Positions 11,336 through 25,229 of a stretch of DNA of 64,000 nt are shown piece by piece. Numbering within the stretch: the first letter of the stretch is position 1; each line of letters begins with the position of its first letter. The position numbers were made by a program, and so were the translations under genes. Source of the stretch: Octopus vulgaris. Lineage: Eukaryota. The notes under the pieces are model-generated. The model did not search any database and had not been told where the DNA came from. It saw only the letters and a program-made list of their open reading frames with translations. The stretch is from NCBI GenBank assembly GCA_951406725.2, contig OX597819.1, positions 7,998,001 through 8,062,000 on the forward strand. Reading direction: 5' to 3'.

Positions 11336-13162
11336 GGAAATCTCCGAAACTGTAGAAAACAATGTATTTCTGATACCTAAGTCGATAGAATGCTAATCGA
11401 TAACTTACTATGTCGATTTAGTTCACGATAAACTTTGTCTGCAAAATTTCACCTCTTCGAGACACCAAGGAGGAATGTACACAAATGTGATGCTAACGGA
11501 TAGAACACAGTTGATCAAAGATGTACTGGACCGGAACTGACCTGGGGTTCAATAGCCAACAGCATTCGATGTTGACTTTGAAACGATTCCGATAAATCAA
11601 TATTTAAGGCAGCGTAGCGTACAGGGAGTATATGACTTCCTCAAATATTTCTGAATTGGACATTAGTGTTGTCCTATTGAGAAAGGCATGAGCATCGCAG
11701 AAATCTCTGTCCACCTCAGAAATTTAAACAGTGTACTTACGTAGCGAATCAATATATAGGTCGAATCCCAAATTAGACAAGTTGAAAAGGAAGGCGAAAC
11801 TCAATTACATTTGATACCTCATTGATTGGTGTCGGAAAGGGTTTGAAATACAGAACAACAGCAACAACAACAACAACGACAACAAAACTATTCGAATAAA
11901 TTTTCTTTCTTCTTTTTTCCATTTTAGGATAAAAACTTCAGATATTTTCACTGATTAAACATCAAAAGGATAAGAATGAAAAGTGCTAAAAATAGACAAG
12001 CGATGCAAAGAAAAGAAAAGCGATGAAGTATAAAACGATAAAAAGGAGGAGATAAATTGAGGGGTGGGGGAGATAGAGATAGATAGAGGGAGAGAGAAAG
12101 AGAGAGAGAGAGGAGGAGGGAAGCGGAAGAGAGAGAGAGAGAGAGAGGATGGTGTTTGATATGAAGTAATAATTTTTAGTCTAGCTGGCAATCCTCTGTA
12201 GAGTATTTCTAAAGATTTGACACATATTCACGTGGTTAATTTCTCGATATCTCTTGCACAGAATCAAGGGTCGGTTACGGTTCGTTATAACAAGCAGTAT
12301 TTTATTTCCTCAATTATATCTTCTTTCTAGCCATCTTTCTCGTCAATTGTCTCTGTTACACCACCTCGACAGAACCCCTTGTATCGCTAGATTGCACAAA
12401 CAGACAGACAAACAATTAAAGGTGAATATGAAATAACAACAACTACAACAACACCAATAGTAAAAATAGTAATAAACTTGCTCCTTTCATATATATTTTG
12501 ACATCAATTTTATACATCCCTTTGATATGAATGCTGGAATAATTCTGGCAATTTTTCCAAGTTATAGATCTGAGAATTACAAAAGTTCGTTATCTAAACA
12601 TAAGCATAAGCATAGGTCTATAAGTTCAGCGATTTTGAGTGAGCATGGATATATTTTGTCTGGGAAGTTTTAAATCTTAAGCGTTAGTAGTGAAAAGAAT
12701 GAACTTTAAAAACCTCATGTAAAAAAGACAATTTCGCGTAGTGTCTTTAAGTTTTATAGTAATATTTCGTTGAATTGCATGAAGAAGCACGGTTAGTGAA
12801 TTCGATAGATCACAGGTTCGTGACGTATCAACTACACTGTGGTCTGTTCAAAGGAAATACACTTGACACTTGAAGCCGAAGTAAGCCATGCAGTAAGGAA
12901 TTGAACAGTTTCAGGTATTATACAGTTACAAGTTTTATGTTTAAATTCCTATGCTGAGGGAATATATATTTTAGTCCTTTATTTCCAAACATTCGTGTGT
13001 CACACAAAAAAAAGTGAGTAGAATGCATAAGAGCGTGGTCTTCTTGTGCAAATACAAGATGACATCTGTTTGTGTTTCTGCTCGCAACAACCTACGTTGT
13101 ATGACCGAAAGTCACTCACTTTTATAATTAGAACGCTTTTTCTCGCCTTACTATCTCTCTCA

Positions 13163-13220
<58 letters not shown>

Positions 13221-13222
<2 letters not shown>

Positions 13223-13360
13223 CTCAGCGATATTTCGTCTGTCTTGCTCTGAGCTCAAATTCCGTCGAGGTCGCATTTGCCTTTCAACATTTCGGGGTCG
13301 ATGTAATTGATTTACTCTTCCCCCAAATTTCAGGCACAAGGTCTGAAATTTGAGGGAGGA
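13221..13360 (+). mobile_element. SINE family C fragment
   Basis: atttcgtctg...caaattccgtcgaggtcg...ttcggggtcgat, shared with copies at 19.2, 25.2, 36.8 and 57.6 kb. Confidence 0.7.
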
Positions 13361-13379
13361 GCACTGCTATCTACAGCAG

Positions 13380-13429
<50 letters not shown>

Positions 13430-13539
13430 CTGCATGGCTGTGTGTCACTTTGGACAAGTGAAGTGCCTTCCACCATAGCCTCGGACCGACCAAAGCCTTG
13501 TGAGTGGAAGTGATTGACGGAAATGAAAAGAAGCAAGTC

Positions 13540-14560
13540 CGTCGAAGAATCACTCTCCACAAAGAACAAATCCGCCACCCACAATACAGACAGGTACAGG
13601 TCAGTGAACACACAGAAAGTTGTGCTAGGAATCTTAATCCTAATTTCCTAATTTTCCCCTTCAATCAATGTTCACAGAACACCTCAGTACAACAAAGAAT
13701 GAATAAACTTTCATCAATAGGCGCAGGAGTGGCTGTGTGGTAAGTAGCTTGTTTACCAACCACATGGTTCCGGGTTCAGTCCCACTGCGTGGCACCTTGG
13801 GCAAGTGTCTTCTACTATAGCCTCGGGCCGACCAAAGCCTTGTGAGTGGATTTGGTAGACGGAAACTGAAAGAAGCCCGTCGTATATATGTATATATATA
13901 TATATATATTTTTATGCGTGTGTGTGTTTGTGTGTCTTTGTTTGTCCTCCTAGCATTGCTTGACAACCGGTGCTGGTGTGTTCATGTCCCCGTAACTTAG
14001 CGGTTCGGCAAAAGAAACCCATAGAATAAGTACTAGGCTTACAAAGAATAAGTCCTGGGGCCGATTTGCTCGACTAAAGGCGGTGCTCCAGCATGGCCGC
14101 AGTCAAATGACTGAAACAAGTAAAAGAGTAATAAATATCTTCCACGACTCAATATGAACACATAACATAATACAGAACACTACTGACCTTTCAATTAATA
14201 CCACTAACTCCCATACACCCCATACACCATTCACATTACAGACCTATATCTACCCTAATTGCACCAAATCGAGAACTACTTACCTCCCTTACACATAATG
14301 TTTTTACTCAGGGACTAGTAGACCTGACACCGTTCAGTAATCTTTGCGCATTCAAAGCAAAGATTAGTAATTTCGAAACCTGTAACAATTCACGATGATG
14401 ACTTTTACTACTTATATTCCTACCTCAGTTCATCTAATTGTATATATCTATCGTTACATTTCATAAAAAGCATTTAATTTTTTTTGATTTCCAATGTAAA
14501 TTTTCGCTTATTTTTCTTATTTCCACGTGCAGTTCCTATTTTCTTTTTGTAACATATTTC
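13540..14560 (+). mobile_element. Penelope-like element 3' remnant (GIY-YIG C-terminus), split by a SINE
   Basis: RRRITLHKEQIRHPQYRQVQVSEHTESCA...FLIFPF, continuing after the SINE as NKYLPRLN; right boundary approximate. Confidence 0.6.
13719..14130 (+). mobile_element. SINE family B, full length
   Basis: Matches consensus. Confidence 0.92.
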
Positions 14561-14571
14561 TATTATATATA

Positions 14572-14968
14572 AGTGGCTGTGTGGTAAGTAGCTTGCTAAC
14601 CAACCACATGGTTCCGGGTTCAGTCCCACTGCGTGGCATCTTGGGCAAGTGTATTCTGCTATAGCCCCGGGCCGACCAATGCCTTGTGAGTGAATTTGGT
14701 AGACGGAAACTGAAAGAAGCCCGTCGTATATATGTATATATATATATATGTGTGTGTATGTTTGTGTGTCTGTGTTTGTCCCCCTAGCATGCTTGACAAC
14801 CGATGCTGGTGTGTTTACGTCCCCGTCACTTAGCGGTTCGGCAAAAGAGACCGATAGAATAAGTTGGGCTTACAAAGAATAAGTCCCGGGATCGATTTGC
14901 TCGACTAAAGGCGGTGCTCCAGCATGGCCGCAGTCAAATGACTGAAACAAGTAAAAGAGTAAAGAGTA
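14572..14968 (+). mobile_element. SINE family B
   Basis: Matches consensus; tail runs into (TA)n(TG)n(AG)n. Confidence 0.92.
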
Positions 14969-14977
14969 TACATACAT

Positions 14978-15065
<88 letters not shown>

Positions 15066-15099
15066 AGAGAGAGAGAGAGAGAGAGTAAGCGGCTATAAT

Positions 15100-17525
15100 A
15101 ACTGACTAAGGGATAAAATATTCGTATGTACTATCGGTATCCCCAGCATTGGTGTGCAGGTAACTACAGGATAAACAAGAGTTAATCAGGAAGCAAATAC
15201 AAATAATCAGGAAATGGAGAAAACCTCAGATTAACAAATACATCGATTGGACCACATTTATAGCTTATTTCTTAATACAAAGCGTGACATAACAAATAGA
15301 TGACGTAACAAATCTTTCGACCGTTTCTGCATCCGTTTCCAAACGCTGTCTATAGATAATTGCGAAAATAAAATTCTTCATCTTCATAGGACATTCGAAT
15401 TAAAGCACAGAGCGTCATCAGAGTAAAAAACAAGAGCATCCAATACAAAGGGAATTAGGAAAAAGGAAAGAAAACAGGGCCTAGAAAAGAAGTCTAGAAG
15501 CCAAATTTATTAAAAGCATATAATCCACCATTCTTAGGGCTACGAGGTCCGTAGGTAAAAGAGTAAGCTAGTAGTGGTTTAGGGAATCCTACAATTTATT
15601 TACGGGTGGTTCCAATTTAAGGGTGGGTGGGGGGCAAGATGTTTTAAAATTTAGGAAAAAAAATTATCAAAAATATATATATACAAGGAATCTTACTAAT
15701 GTGATTATCAAAGGGCAGTACCTATGCTAACGAAGTAAGTGTATCGAAAACATTACCGTAGGGTACTTAAGAAAGTTTACTCACAGAGATATTTCTGAGA
15801 ATCCCACCTATTGTGCACAATTGAGCTAGTCTAAGTCCAGCGGTCTCTACAATAGGTCAGTTACGATTTGAACCGAGGTCTCAAGTTAAAACCATTAAAA
15901 TGGATATGTCAATAAAAATAATCAAGAAAAAATAAAGTGTCCGGGGGCGAAGTCAATGATATACGTGGTGCGGGGCTGCTTATGTCCTTCAGCAGCTTAA
16001 CGTTACAACATGCAAGAAGGAACTGTTCAAAAGTAAGTAGCCTCGGGTTATAGTTAAGGGGAGGCAACTAGTACAGGTAATTCAGCGATTCATTAAGGCT
16101 ACGAGGAAATGAGTTTGGACTTAACCTCATATATAGCGAGCGAATTGTGGTAATAATCTTTAGGAATTACCGAGGCTCTTGTAGGTATTCAAATAAACAA
16201 TTAGGAGTAAGATATAAAACCTACAATTTACTATCAGAGGCTACTATTTGTATGTTGTGGGGTTATTTATACTATTATGATGTGGTATAAGTGTTTCTAA
16301 TATTATTTATATTTATCGAAAGTAGATCTCCCTCTGTGCAGGCAAGCTACACTTGACTCATCTCTCAGGTTCACTAGTGGATTACGTGCTGTTAGCATGA
16401 AAAAAATTACATTAATGCAAAGGTAAAATTTTCTATTTTTCTCATTACACGGAGGTGCAGCAGCGAGAAGCCCCTATTTTAATGTGAAGCTAGTGTTACC
16501 ATTTTTGAACTCCCAAATATACCTACTTAAACCTGTCGAATTGATTTTGTTCTATTTCTAAAAGGATATTGATGCGTGGCTAATCTTCGTTTTCTTTCAT
16601 TTTGGTTGCCCCAATGTAACTCCTTTTGGATTGGTAATTGGTGGTCCTGCTAATAGAGTTGGTTGGTAGCGGTGACCTTGGTGCTAAGGTGGTATATCTG
16701 GGTTGTCGGCTGTCTGAGGTCTGAAGTTTACTAAAAGGGCATACCTCTGGTGAAAGCAATACTATAAATAGTATTTCTTGTTGATGGATACCGCGGGTTG
16801 TTAGAGGATATGCAGTTTTTCGCAGATGTAGAGCTCGCAGTTGGGGGCGCCGGGTGAATATGGTGGCGCTCTGTCGAAAATAGTCCACTTGATGCTGAGT
16901 ATTTCATCTCGGAGATCTTAGAGATCACGGAGTCTCCTGAGAAAACGAGATGAGTGCATATGCAGAGAGTATCATTCTTTGAAGTCATTAGATGTCATAC
17001 TCGTATAGTGCGCGGTAATGCCATCGGATGTTGTGAGGGTGGCTCCGTATACTACGACCCTTGAGAGGCAAGATCCTTCTAGAGGGCACAAGGTGGAGTT
17101 TCGGTAGTTTCAGGTTGGAGTTGGGAGTGGTTTGTGTGCATTTTTATGTTTATTGATGCGCGCAATGTTAGACGCGAAGTTATTTAAGCAGGAATAGCTC
17201 ACTTTGACATTATGGAGGTTGAAGAGTTTGTACTACCTATGGCGTCTGGGGAAGAGTTTCTTAAATTGTGGCAGGAAGCCCCCAGCTACGTTGGGGGGAA
17301 ACTTCTAGGTTAAAAGGGGAGTTATACCACATAATTTTCCTGTACCTAATCCTTTTTGGGCGAGGAAAGGGTGTTTAGGGTTGTCCACATATGTGAGGTT
17401 CTCAATAAACCCGCTGCTAGCCAAAGCATCGTTGTAGTTGGGGCGGCCCTGTTAAAGATCTCTATAGGCCGAGAGATTAGAAAGTTGTTCAAATATGTTT
17501 GGGACATATTTCGACTTGTAAAGGC
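15100..17525 (-). mobile_element. degenerate Penelope-like retroelement (RT thumb, linker, GIY-YIG, 3' region)
   Basis: Minus-strand fragments IMWYNSPF, YKLFNLHNVKVSYSCLNN, SYIGAT and NSTGLSRYIW; many stops; 3' boundary approximate. Confidence 0.7.
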
Positions 17526-17528
17526 TAT

Positions 17529-17810
<282 letters not shown>

Positions 17811-17929
17811 TATATTTTTATTTCTACTTTCATTCTCTTATTTATCTCTTTATTCCCTATCTCCTCTATTTCCATAATAATTCCTTACTTCAAACTCAAA
17901 TATTTACCTCCATTTAACCATCTCACATC

Positions 17930-17977
17930 GTCTCTGATGAAAGGATATCCATAATATCCCAGAAAGAGCTGTAAGAC
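17930..17977 (+). ncRNA. hammerhead ribozyme motif (type I, minimal), one mutation in stem III
   Basis: gtct-CTGATGA-(ggatat/atatcc)-GAAAg-agct-GTA-agac; stem I gtct/agac is perfect. Confidence 0.65.
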
Positions 17978-18198
17978 CTTATCTATATCTTTTCTTTGGC
18001 AATCTCAAGTATAATCAGCCAAAATTACGAAGATAATCTGGTACTCGACTGAGGAAAGAAAACTTTGAATGACCCGTCTTTGTTTTCTTTGTATTATATA
18101 TATGTGTGTGTGTGTGTATGTATACATATATGCATATGTATATATACACACATATATATATGTATGTAAACTCTCCCTACACACACACGCACACACAC

Positions 18199-18239
<41 letters not shown>

Positions 18240-18243
<4 letters not shown>

Positions 18244-18460
18244 GGAAAGTTTACGAAAATAAACAAAAGACGAAGGCAGGTGGAGTACAAATAAACAAAT
18301 GTACTAGTATAGCGCTCAGGAATAGAAAAAGTCTTTTACGTTTCGAGCCCACGCTCTTCGACAGAAAGATACACAGAAAAAAACAAGGAGAGAAACAAGG
18401 GGAGAAAAAACGGAGAGAAAAAATGCGTGTAGGAGCTAACGATCTATCATGGCATCCATA
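18240..18460 (-). mobile_element. solo Penelope-type terminal repeat with hammerhead-like motif at 18333-18368
   Basis: Reverse complement homologous to 52970-53155; cttt-CTGTCGA-a-gagc/gctc-GAAAC-GTA-aaag; flanked by (TA)n. Confidence 0.7.
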
Positions 18461-18589
18461 TATATATATCATACTAATTTCAAATAAACAAGTACTAATA
18501 ATACGAATTAAAATAAACGAATAATAAAGTTAACGAAAAACCAGGTCGTACACAAGGAATGTATTTGCTTGATTCTCGATGAAAAAGAG

Positions 18590-18626
18590 AGTATAATGTC
18601 TCTAGCATAGCTCTTCGTCGGAAACG
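18590..18626 (-). ncRNA. degenerate hammerhead-like motif (CCGACGA core family)
   Basis: Reverse complement gttt-CCGACGA-a-gagctatgcta-GAGAC-ATT-atac, homologous to 20277-20311. Confidence 0.45.
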
Positions 18627-19101
18627 AGAAATGGAAAAGTCCAAAGAAGGAAAAGACATCGCTAACAGCACGTGTATGGTTACATTGTTGAAGTTATATC
18701 TATATTACTAAAAGCGAAATACTGTCTGTCCGTCTGGGACCCCTCTATCTTACTCTACACATGTTCTACATAGACATATATCTATTTGGAATCAGGATGA
18801 TCCCATGATTGAAAATCTGTGCTTCATTTGGTTCTTAAGAATCCAGCATTGGGATCTGATTTAAAAGTATTTGGGTTGCTATTTCTAGCAGGTAAAGTTT
18901 GGCTGATTCACGCCATCTTGGTTGGCGTCTGCCTGATGACGTCAGGGATGAAGGGCGTTTGTCAGATGGCGTCAGAGATCTATAGTTAACGACTCATATA
19001 TTTTCAGTGCCACCACTTCAAGAACTTACACACAAAACACGCACACACACGCATACAAACGCACACACGCACGCACGCACACACATACAAACGCACACAC
19101 G

Positions 19102-19144
<43 letters not shown>

Positions 19145-19204
19145 ACACTATATGTATATGTGCGCGCGCGCGCGTATTAATGCTTGCTTCTATGTTCAGT
19201 TATA

Positions 19205-19422
19205 ATAATCCTTTCTACTTTAGACATAAGGCCTGAAATTTTGGCGGAGAGAGATAAGTCGGTTGCCTTGACCCCAGGGCTTGACTGGTACTTATTTTAT
19301 AAAGTCCCGACAGTATGAACGGCACAGTCAACTTCGGTGGTATTTGAACTCAGAACGTACAGACGGACGAAATACCGTTAGGCTTTTTGGCCAGCGCTAA
19401 CGATTCTGCCAGCTTGCCGCCT
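19205..19422 (-). mobile_element. SINE family C, diverged
   Basis: gactggtacttattttat...tttgaactcagaacgtacagacggacgaaataccg...ctgccagcttgccgcc. Confidence 0.8.
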
Positions 19423-19509
19423 TTTGGTTGAGGACAGTGACTTCGAAATTTCGGCGAGCTAAGCCATCATCGAAACAGTTTTGTATAATACAATTCTATA
19501 TTTAAGAGA

Positions 19510-19620
19510 TGAGGAATTATGTACATTATTTACAATTGACGGATATTTGTCCTCATCCAGGTGTATTGGGGAAATTTCGAACCTGGGTTCCATTTCCTGA
19601 GGTATTTTTCGATGTTATTG

Positions 19621-19694
<74 letters not shown>

Positions 19695-19880
19695 TATTAT
19701 TCAGGTCACTGCCTGGAATAATAATAATAACATCGAAAAATACCTTAGGAATGAGAATCCAGGTTCGAAATTTCTCCAATACACCTGATGAAGGCTGGAG
19801 GGTATATCAGCCGAAGTGTTGTGTTAACAACAAACAAGATGAGGACAAATATCTGTCGACTGTAAATAATGTAAATAACT
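19510..19880. mobile_element. inverted pair of a short repeat flanking (TTA)n; right arm carries a hammerhead motif at 19781-19824
   Basis: 19520-19620 matches the reverse complement of 19725-19875; acac-CTGATGA-a-ggctg/cagcc-GAAgt-GTT-gtgt. Confidence 0.7.
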
Positions 19881-20128
19881 TTTGTATAAAAATACACATA
19901 TATCGCGAAAAGCGTGGTTAGAGGCCTAGCCATCCAAGTTATTTCACAAGGCTTAGAGAGACTGAAAGACCGCTCCAAAGTATGTATGAATCTGAGAGGG
20001 GAACATGTTGAATAAACTCATAATTAACTGATCTTCCGGAATTTTCTTTTATCCAAAGCCAGGAACTTTTCAGTATCCCTCTTCTGCATGCCCGCATACA
20101 TACATACATACATACATACATACATACA

Positions 20129-20162
<34 letters not shown>

Positions 20163-20194
20163 CATATATACATACATACATACATATATATATA

Positions 20195-20400
20195 TATATT
20201 TTAGTATGTGACCTCGTCTGTATCACTAGCGATTTTTTCCCCTGTCTTCCCTTCTCGGGATCTTTCCTTTTCCTATGTTTCCGACGAAGAGCTCCGCTCG
20301 AAACATCAAACCCTCCTTCTTTCCTGAGCGTCCAATAATACTTTATTTGTTCCACGTCCTTGCGTTGTTGTTTTTTGTTTTTGTTTTCTTGTTTGGATTA

Positions 20401-20405
<5 letters not shown>
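20195..20405 (+). mobile_element. short (TA)n-embedded Penelope-type repeat with hammerhead-like motif at 20277-20311
   Basis: gttt-CCGACGA-a-gagc-tcc-gctc-GAAAC-ATC-aaac; microsatellites on both sides. Confidence 0.6.
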
Positions 20406-20465
<60 letters not shown>

Positions 20466-20623
20466 GCATACATACATATATATATATATATATATACAAA
20501 TATACACACACACATATATGTGTGTGTGTGTATGTAATGTACGTATGTATATATGTATGTATACATGTATACATAACATATTCTAGAGTGCATTCCGATA
20601 ATTTAGACATAAGAAACACAAAG

Positions 20624-21007
20624 TGGAGGCGCGTGTCTTAGTGGTTAGGGTGTTGAACTCATGATCGTAGGGTTGTGGTTTCGATTCCTGGACCGGGCGA
20701 TGCGTTGTGTTATTGAGCAAAACACTTCATTTCACGCTGCTCCAGTTGGGGGATCGTGGTTTCGTTTCCCGGACCGGGCGTTGTGCGTGTTTATTGAGCG
20801 AAAACGCCTAAAATCTCCACGAGGCTCCGGCAGGGGGTGGTGGCGACCCTTGTTGTACTCTTTCGCCACAACTTTCTCTCACTCTCTCTTCCTGTTTCTT
20901 GAGTAACGCTGCGATGGGCTGGCGTCCCGTCCAGCTGGGCGGGGATCACATACGCCACAGAAACCAGGAAACCGGGCCCATAAGTCTGGCTAGGCTTGAA
21001 AAGGGAG
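20624..21007 (+). mobile_element. chimeric SINE: two tRNA heads, family A body, alternative tail
   Basis: Head 20624-20745; second partial head from ~20750; family A body to ~20900; then ctgcgatgggctggcgtcccgtccag...cagaaaccaggaaaccgg. Confidence 0.75.
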
Positions 21008-21216
21008 AGGAAGATAAAGAAGAAACACAACTAGTCTAGTAAGTGCTACCATCTGAATTAGTCAGAATCTATGTTCCATATATATAATGATGAGGAGGGA
21101 GATGATCTCGATGATGATGATGATGATGATGATGATGAAGATTATCATTATCATCATCTTCAAGAACAACAACGCCAGCGAAAGTTGTAGTGCTGCTCTA
21201 TCGATTGTATAGGTTA

Positions 21217-21612
21217 CTAGCAGTATCGCCCGGCGTTGCTCGGGTTTGCAAGGGAAATAACTATATAAGCATTTTTAGAGATGTAAAGTATAATAGCCAT
21301 CTTAATATGGCTAACCACAAAGGGGGGGTGTTACTGTAGCTTTTTACGTTCTGAGATTTAATAATACATTTTTAGAGAGTTTCTTCCCTTATATATGCCA
21401 AAAATGCATTAAAAGTGGAAAAAATTTATGGTAAATTCTTTTTAAAATCGTAGACTCATCGTAGACGCGCGCTAATACCCAGAAGGGCTCGATATGAATC
21501 ACGACTATAAGATACCCGGTTTTGGTTAAACTGCACCGCAAAATGTGGAAGTAGTTAGGAATCTAGATCGTAGGAGACAGATAACACACAACCTTACTTT
21601 TATATATAAAGA
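21217..21612 (-). mobile_element. non-autonomous Helitron, copy 2
   Basis: Reverse complement of 5525-5909; TC...CTAG ends, A|T target. Confidence 0.85.
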
Positions 21613-21794
21613 TAGGCCTCGCTGTCACTAACATCGATGTTGCATGCATGTTGGTGGTTACTTTCCAGAGACTACTTACTAGTCCTTGTAATGTTGTTCC
21701 CAGACAGGTCTTAGCAATCTGCTTTCTTTTCGTTGACTTATTTTTGTCTACCTCTCTCACCCTCTCATCTCCCTCTTACCCATTCATCTTTCCC

Positions 21795-21857
<63 letters not shown>

Positions 21858-21899
21858 GTCTGTCTCTCTCCTCCTCTCCCTCCCGCCCCCTCTCTCTCC

Positions 21900-21940
<41 letters not shown>

Positions 21941-22862
21941 TTTATGCTTCGTAATCATTCCCTGTTTCAACCATTGAAGTTACAGCCTCTCTGCATCTGT
22001 TGATTGCCATAGTTTCAGAGAAGCAAACAACGATTACTGCATGAAACGGTTCGAACATGAGTAAAACAATGTAGAATAATTGAATTGAATTGCTAAAAGT
22101 TGTATTAATGAATCAATAAGTAACAAGAGTTAGATGGGTTTTCAGTATTTAATTCTCAAATAGGATGATACAAAAGAAATTCGATGCCGGAGCGCTAGCG
22201 TCATACGTTTGTGGATCACTGGAGCAGAAAAGGTTGATACCAATGATACCTAATACGCAATGAAATATTTCGTTGAAAATTCAGACCAAAGCTGTAAAGA
22301 GATGTTCTACCATTTGTTTGATTAACAACTGAGTGGCGTATAAGCAAAGCGGAAAATGCATACATGTATCGAGGAAAATGGCGCCTGGTATATGCAAACG
22401 TGGGAGAAGAGAAAGTACGATAGGCGTGGCTTATGAGTTAATTAAAGAGATGACATTAGAAAGAGTCAGCTAACACTGTTGCTGTTGAATTGTCTGGCAA
22501 ATAATCTTCTCATAATTGAAGATGATGGCTAGTTTGTATGTTATGTTAAGTATAATCTCTGTTTTTACACACGCTCATTCAAATGTATTAGATCATAAGT
22601 TCTGCGCAATGGTCAAAAGCAGAGCAGCATTCTTTGAAGTTTGTCTAATTTCTGCCGTTGTATTTCTTCAATTGTGTGTATGCATGTATGAATGTATGTA
22701 TGTATTTATATATGTATTTATGTATGTATGAATGAATGTATTTAAGTATGCATCTATGTATATGGATGGCTAGATGCATGCATACATACATTTTCTCTTT
22801 TTGATGCTACTGTTTATTTTGACTGGCCACATAATAATTTGTAGGGTTGTGATATATAAGTG

Positions 22863-22905
<43 letters not shown>

Positions 22906-22909
<4 letters not shown>

Positions 22910-23270
22910 TCTTTTACTCTTTTACTTGTTTCAGTCATTTGACTGCGGCCATGCTGGAGCACCGCCTTTAGTCGAGCAAATCGACCCCGGTACTTATTCT
23001 AAGTGACGGGGACGTAAACACACCAGCATCGGTTGTCAAGCAATGCTAGGGGGACAAACACAGACACACAAACACACACACACACACATACATACATATA
23101 TATACATATATACGACAGGCTTCTTTCAGTTTCCGTCTACCAAATCCACTCACAAGGCATTGGTCGGCCCGGAGCTATAGCAGAAGACACTTGCCCAAGA
23201 TGCCACGCAGTGGGACTGAACCCGGAACCATGTGGTTGGTTAGCAAGCTACTTACCACACAGCCACTCCT
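22906..23270 (-). mobile_element. SINE family B with internal deletion
   Basis: Matches consensus with deletions near 22990-23000. Confidence 0.9.
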
Positions 23271-23271
23271 G

Positions 23272-23313
<42 letters not shown>

Positions 23314-23351
23314 CAAACACACAGACGTATGCTTCTGTGTATGTATGTGTG

Positions 23352-23400
<49 letters not shown>

Positions 23401-23418
23401 TATGTATGTATGTATATA

Positions 23419-24436
23419 TTCGCAGGTGGTATGATACTCATCACGGAACCTACAGACCAGCTGCAAACCATGCTCACAGAGCTGAACACTTACAGCCTAG
23501 TAGTCTGTTTTAAAATAAACTGCAGGAAAACAAAATATACGCGGCCTGAAGACGTAGCATAAGACTGAATAGAGGTTGGAACCGATGAAATCAAGGAGAT
23601 AACGGGTTACGTCTACTTAAGGCACACACTGAATATGCACCGAGATGTGGATGCCGAAATCTCAAAGAGATTGAGGCCAAGTATTTGACTCATTAAAGGT
23701 TGTACTCATAACAAAGCTATACAATGCAAGACGTGCTGGACTCTACGAAGGAGGCGCAATGGCCCAGTGGTTAGGGCAGCGGACTCGCGGTCGTAGGATC
23801 GCGGTTTCGATTCCCAGACCGGGCGTTGTGAGTGTTTATTGAGCGAAAACACCTAAAGCTCCACGAGGCTCCGGCAGGGATGGTGGTGAACCCTGCTGTA
23901 CTCTTTCACCACAACTTTCTCTCATTCTTTCTTCTGTTTCTGTTGTACCTGTATTTCAAAGGGCCGGCCTTGTCACTCTCTGTGTCACGCTGAATATCCC
24001 CGAGAACTGCATTAAGGGTACACGTGTCTGTGGAGTGCTCAGCCACTTACACGTTAATTTCACGAGCAGGCTGTTCCGTTGATTCGGATCAACCGGAACC
24101 CTCGTCGTCGTAACAGACGGAGTGCTTCCCCAGACTCTACGATAATACCGTCCTACATACTCTCTTAAGTGAGACATGGGCTATTACGAAGAAGATAGAC
24201 CATCGATTGGCTACGACACAAATGGCCATGGAAAGATTCCATCATTACAAAAGCATACTGAAAGCGAGATAATCCAAGAACACTGCGGATGTGATAGCAG
24301 AATATCGAATGTTCCACTCGGCTGGACATGTTACAATGTTCACAGACAAAAGGTGGACGTGTGCAGTTGCTGAGTGGTATTTAAGAGATCGGAAAAGGCC
24401 TCTTGGAAGGGGTCAACGACTATGGAAAGAAGATTT
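23419..24436 (+). pseudogene. degenerate RTE-clade LINE RT C-terminus, split by a SINE A
   Basis: [23 protein letters not shown]...[10 protein letters not shown] and AGHVTMFTDKRWTCAVAEWYLRDRKRPLGR resemble RTE FADD and WAGH...RPRGRP motifs. Confidence 0.75.
23750..24132 (+). mobile_element. SINE family A, full length
   Basis: TSD gactctacga at 23739-23748 and 24133-24142. Confidence 0.93.
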
Positions 24437-24862
24437 ACTCTCTTTCTCTTTACTCTGTTACTTGTTTCAGTCATTTGACCTAAGCCATGCTGGAGCACCA
24501 CCTTTAGTCGAGCAAATCAACCCCGGGACTTATTCTTTGTAAGCCCAGTACTTATTCTATCGTTCTCTTTTGCCGAACCGCTAAGTGACGGGGACGTAAA
24601 CACACCAGCATCGGTTGTCAAGCAATGCTAGGAGACAAACAGAGACACACAAACACACACACACGTACATATATATATATATATATATACATATATACGA
24701 CAGGCTTCTTTCAGTTTCCGTCTACCAAATTCACTCACAAGGCATTGGTCGGCCCGGGGCTATAGCAGAAGACACTTGCCCAAGATGCCACGCAGTACGG
24801 ACTGAACCCGGAACCATGTGGTTGGTTAGCAAGCTACTTACCACGCAGCCACTCCTGCGCCT
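24436..24862 (-). mobile_element. SINE family B, full length
   Basis: Matches consensus. Confidence 0.92.
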
Positions 24863-24962
24863 TTAGTTAAACAATTTAGGTCAAGATCGAAAAGAATTTG
24901 TGCGATCAACACAGGATTGGAATTGTACTGTGACCAGCATCTGATGGTCTGATCGATACTGT

Positions 24963-25027
<65 letters not shown>

Positions 25028-25229
25028 ATATACAACACACCCATACACTTATATACAAGCATGTGCAAGTAGCGTGTATGTGTGTGCTTGTTTGTGTGAT
25101 TGTGTGTGTGTACGTGTTTGTGTGTGTGAATCTATGCAGATATGTGCGTATTTAGATACAAACGTATATTTGTATTTATATTCTAATGTATGTCTAGATC
25201 TGTATTTAGCTGAAGATGCACATATATAT

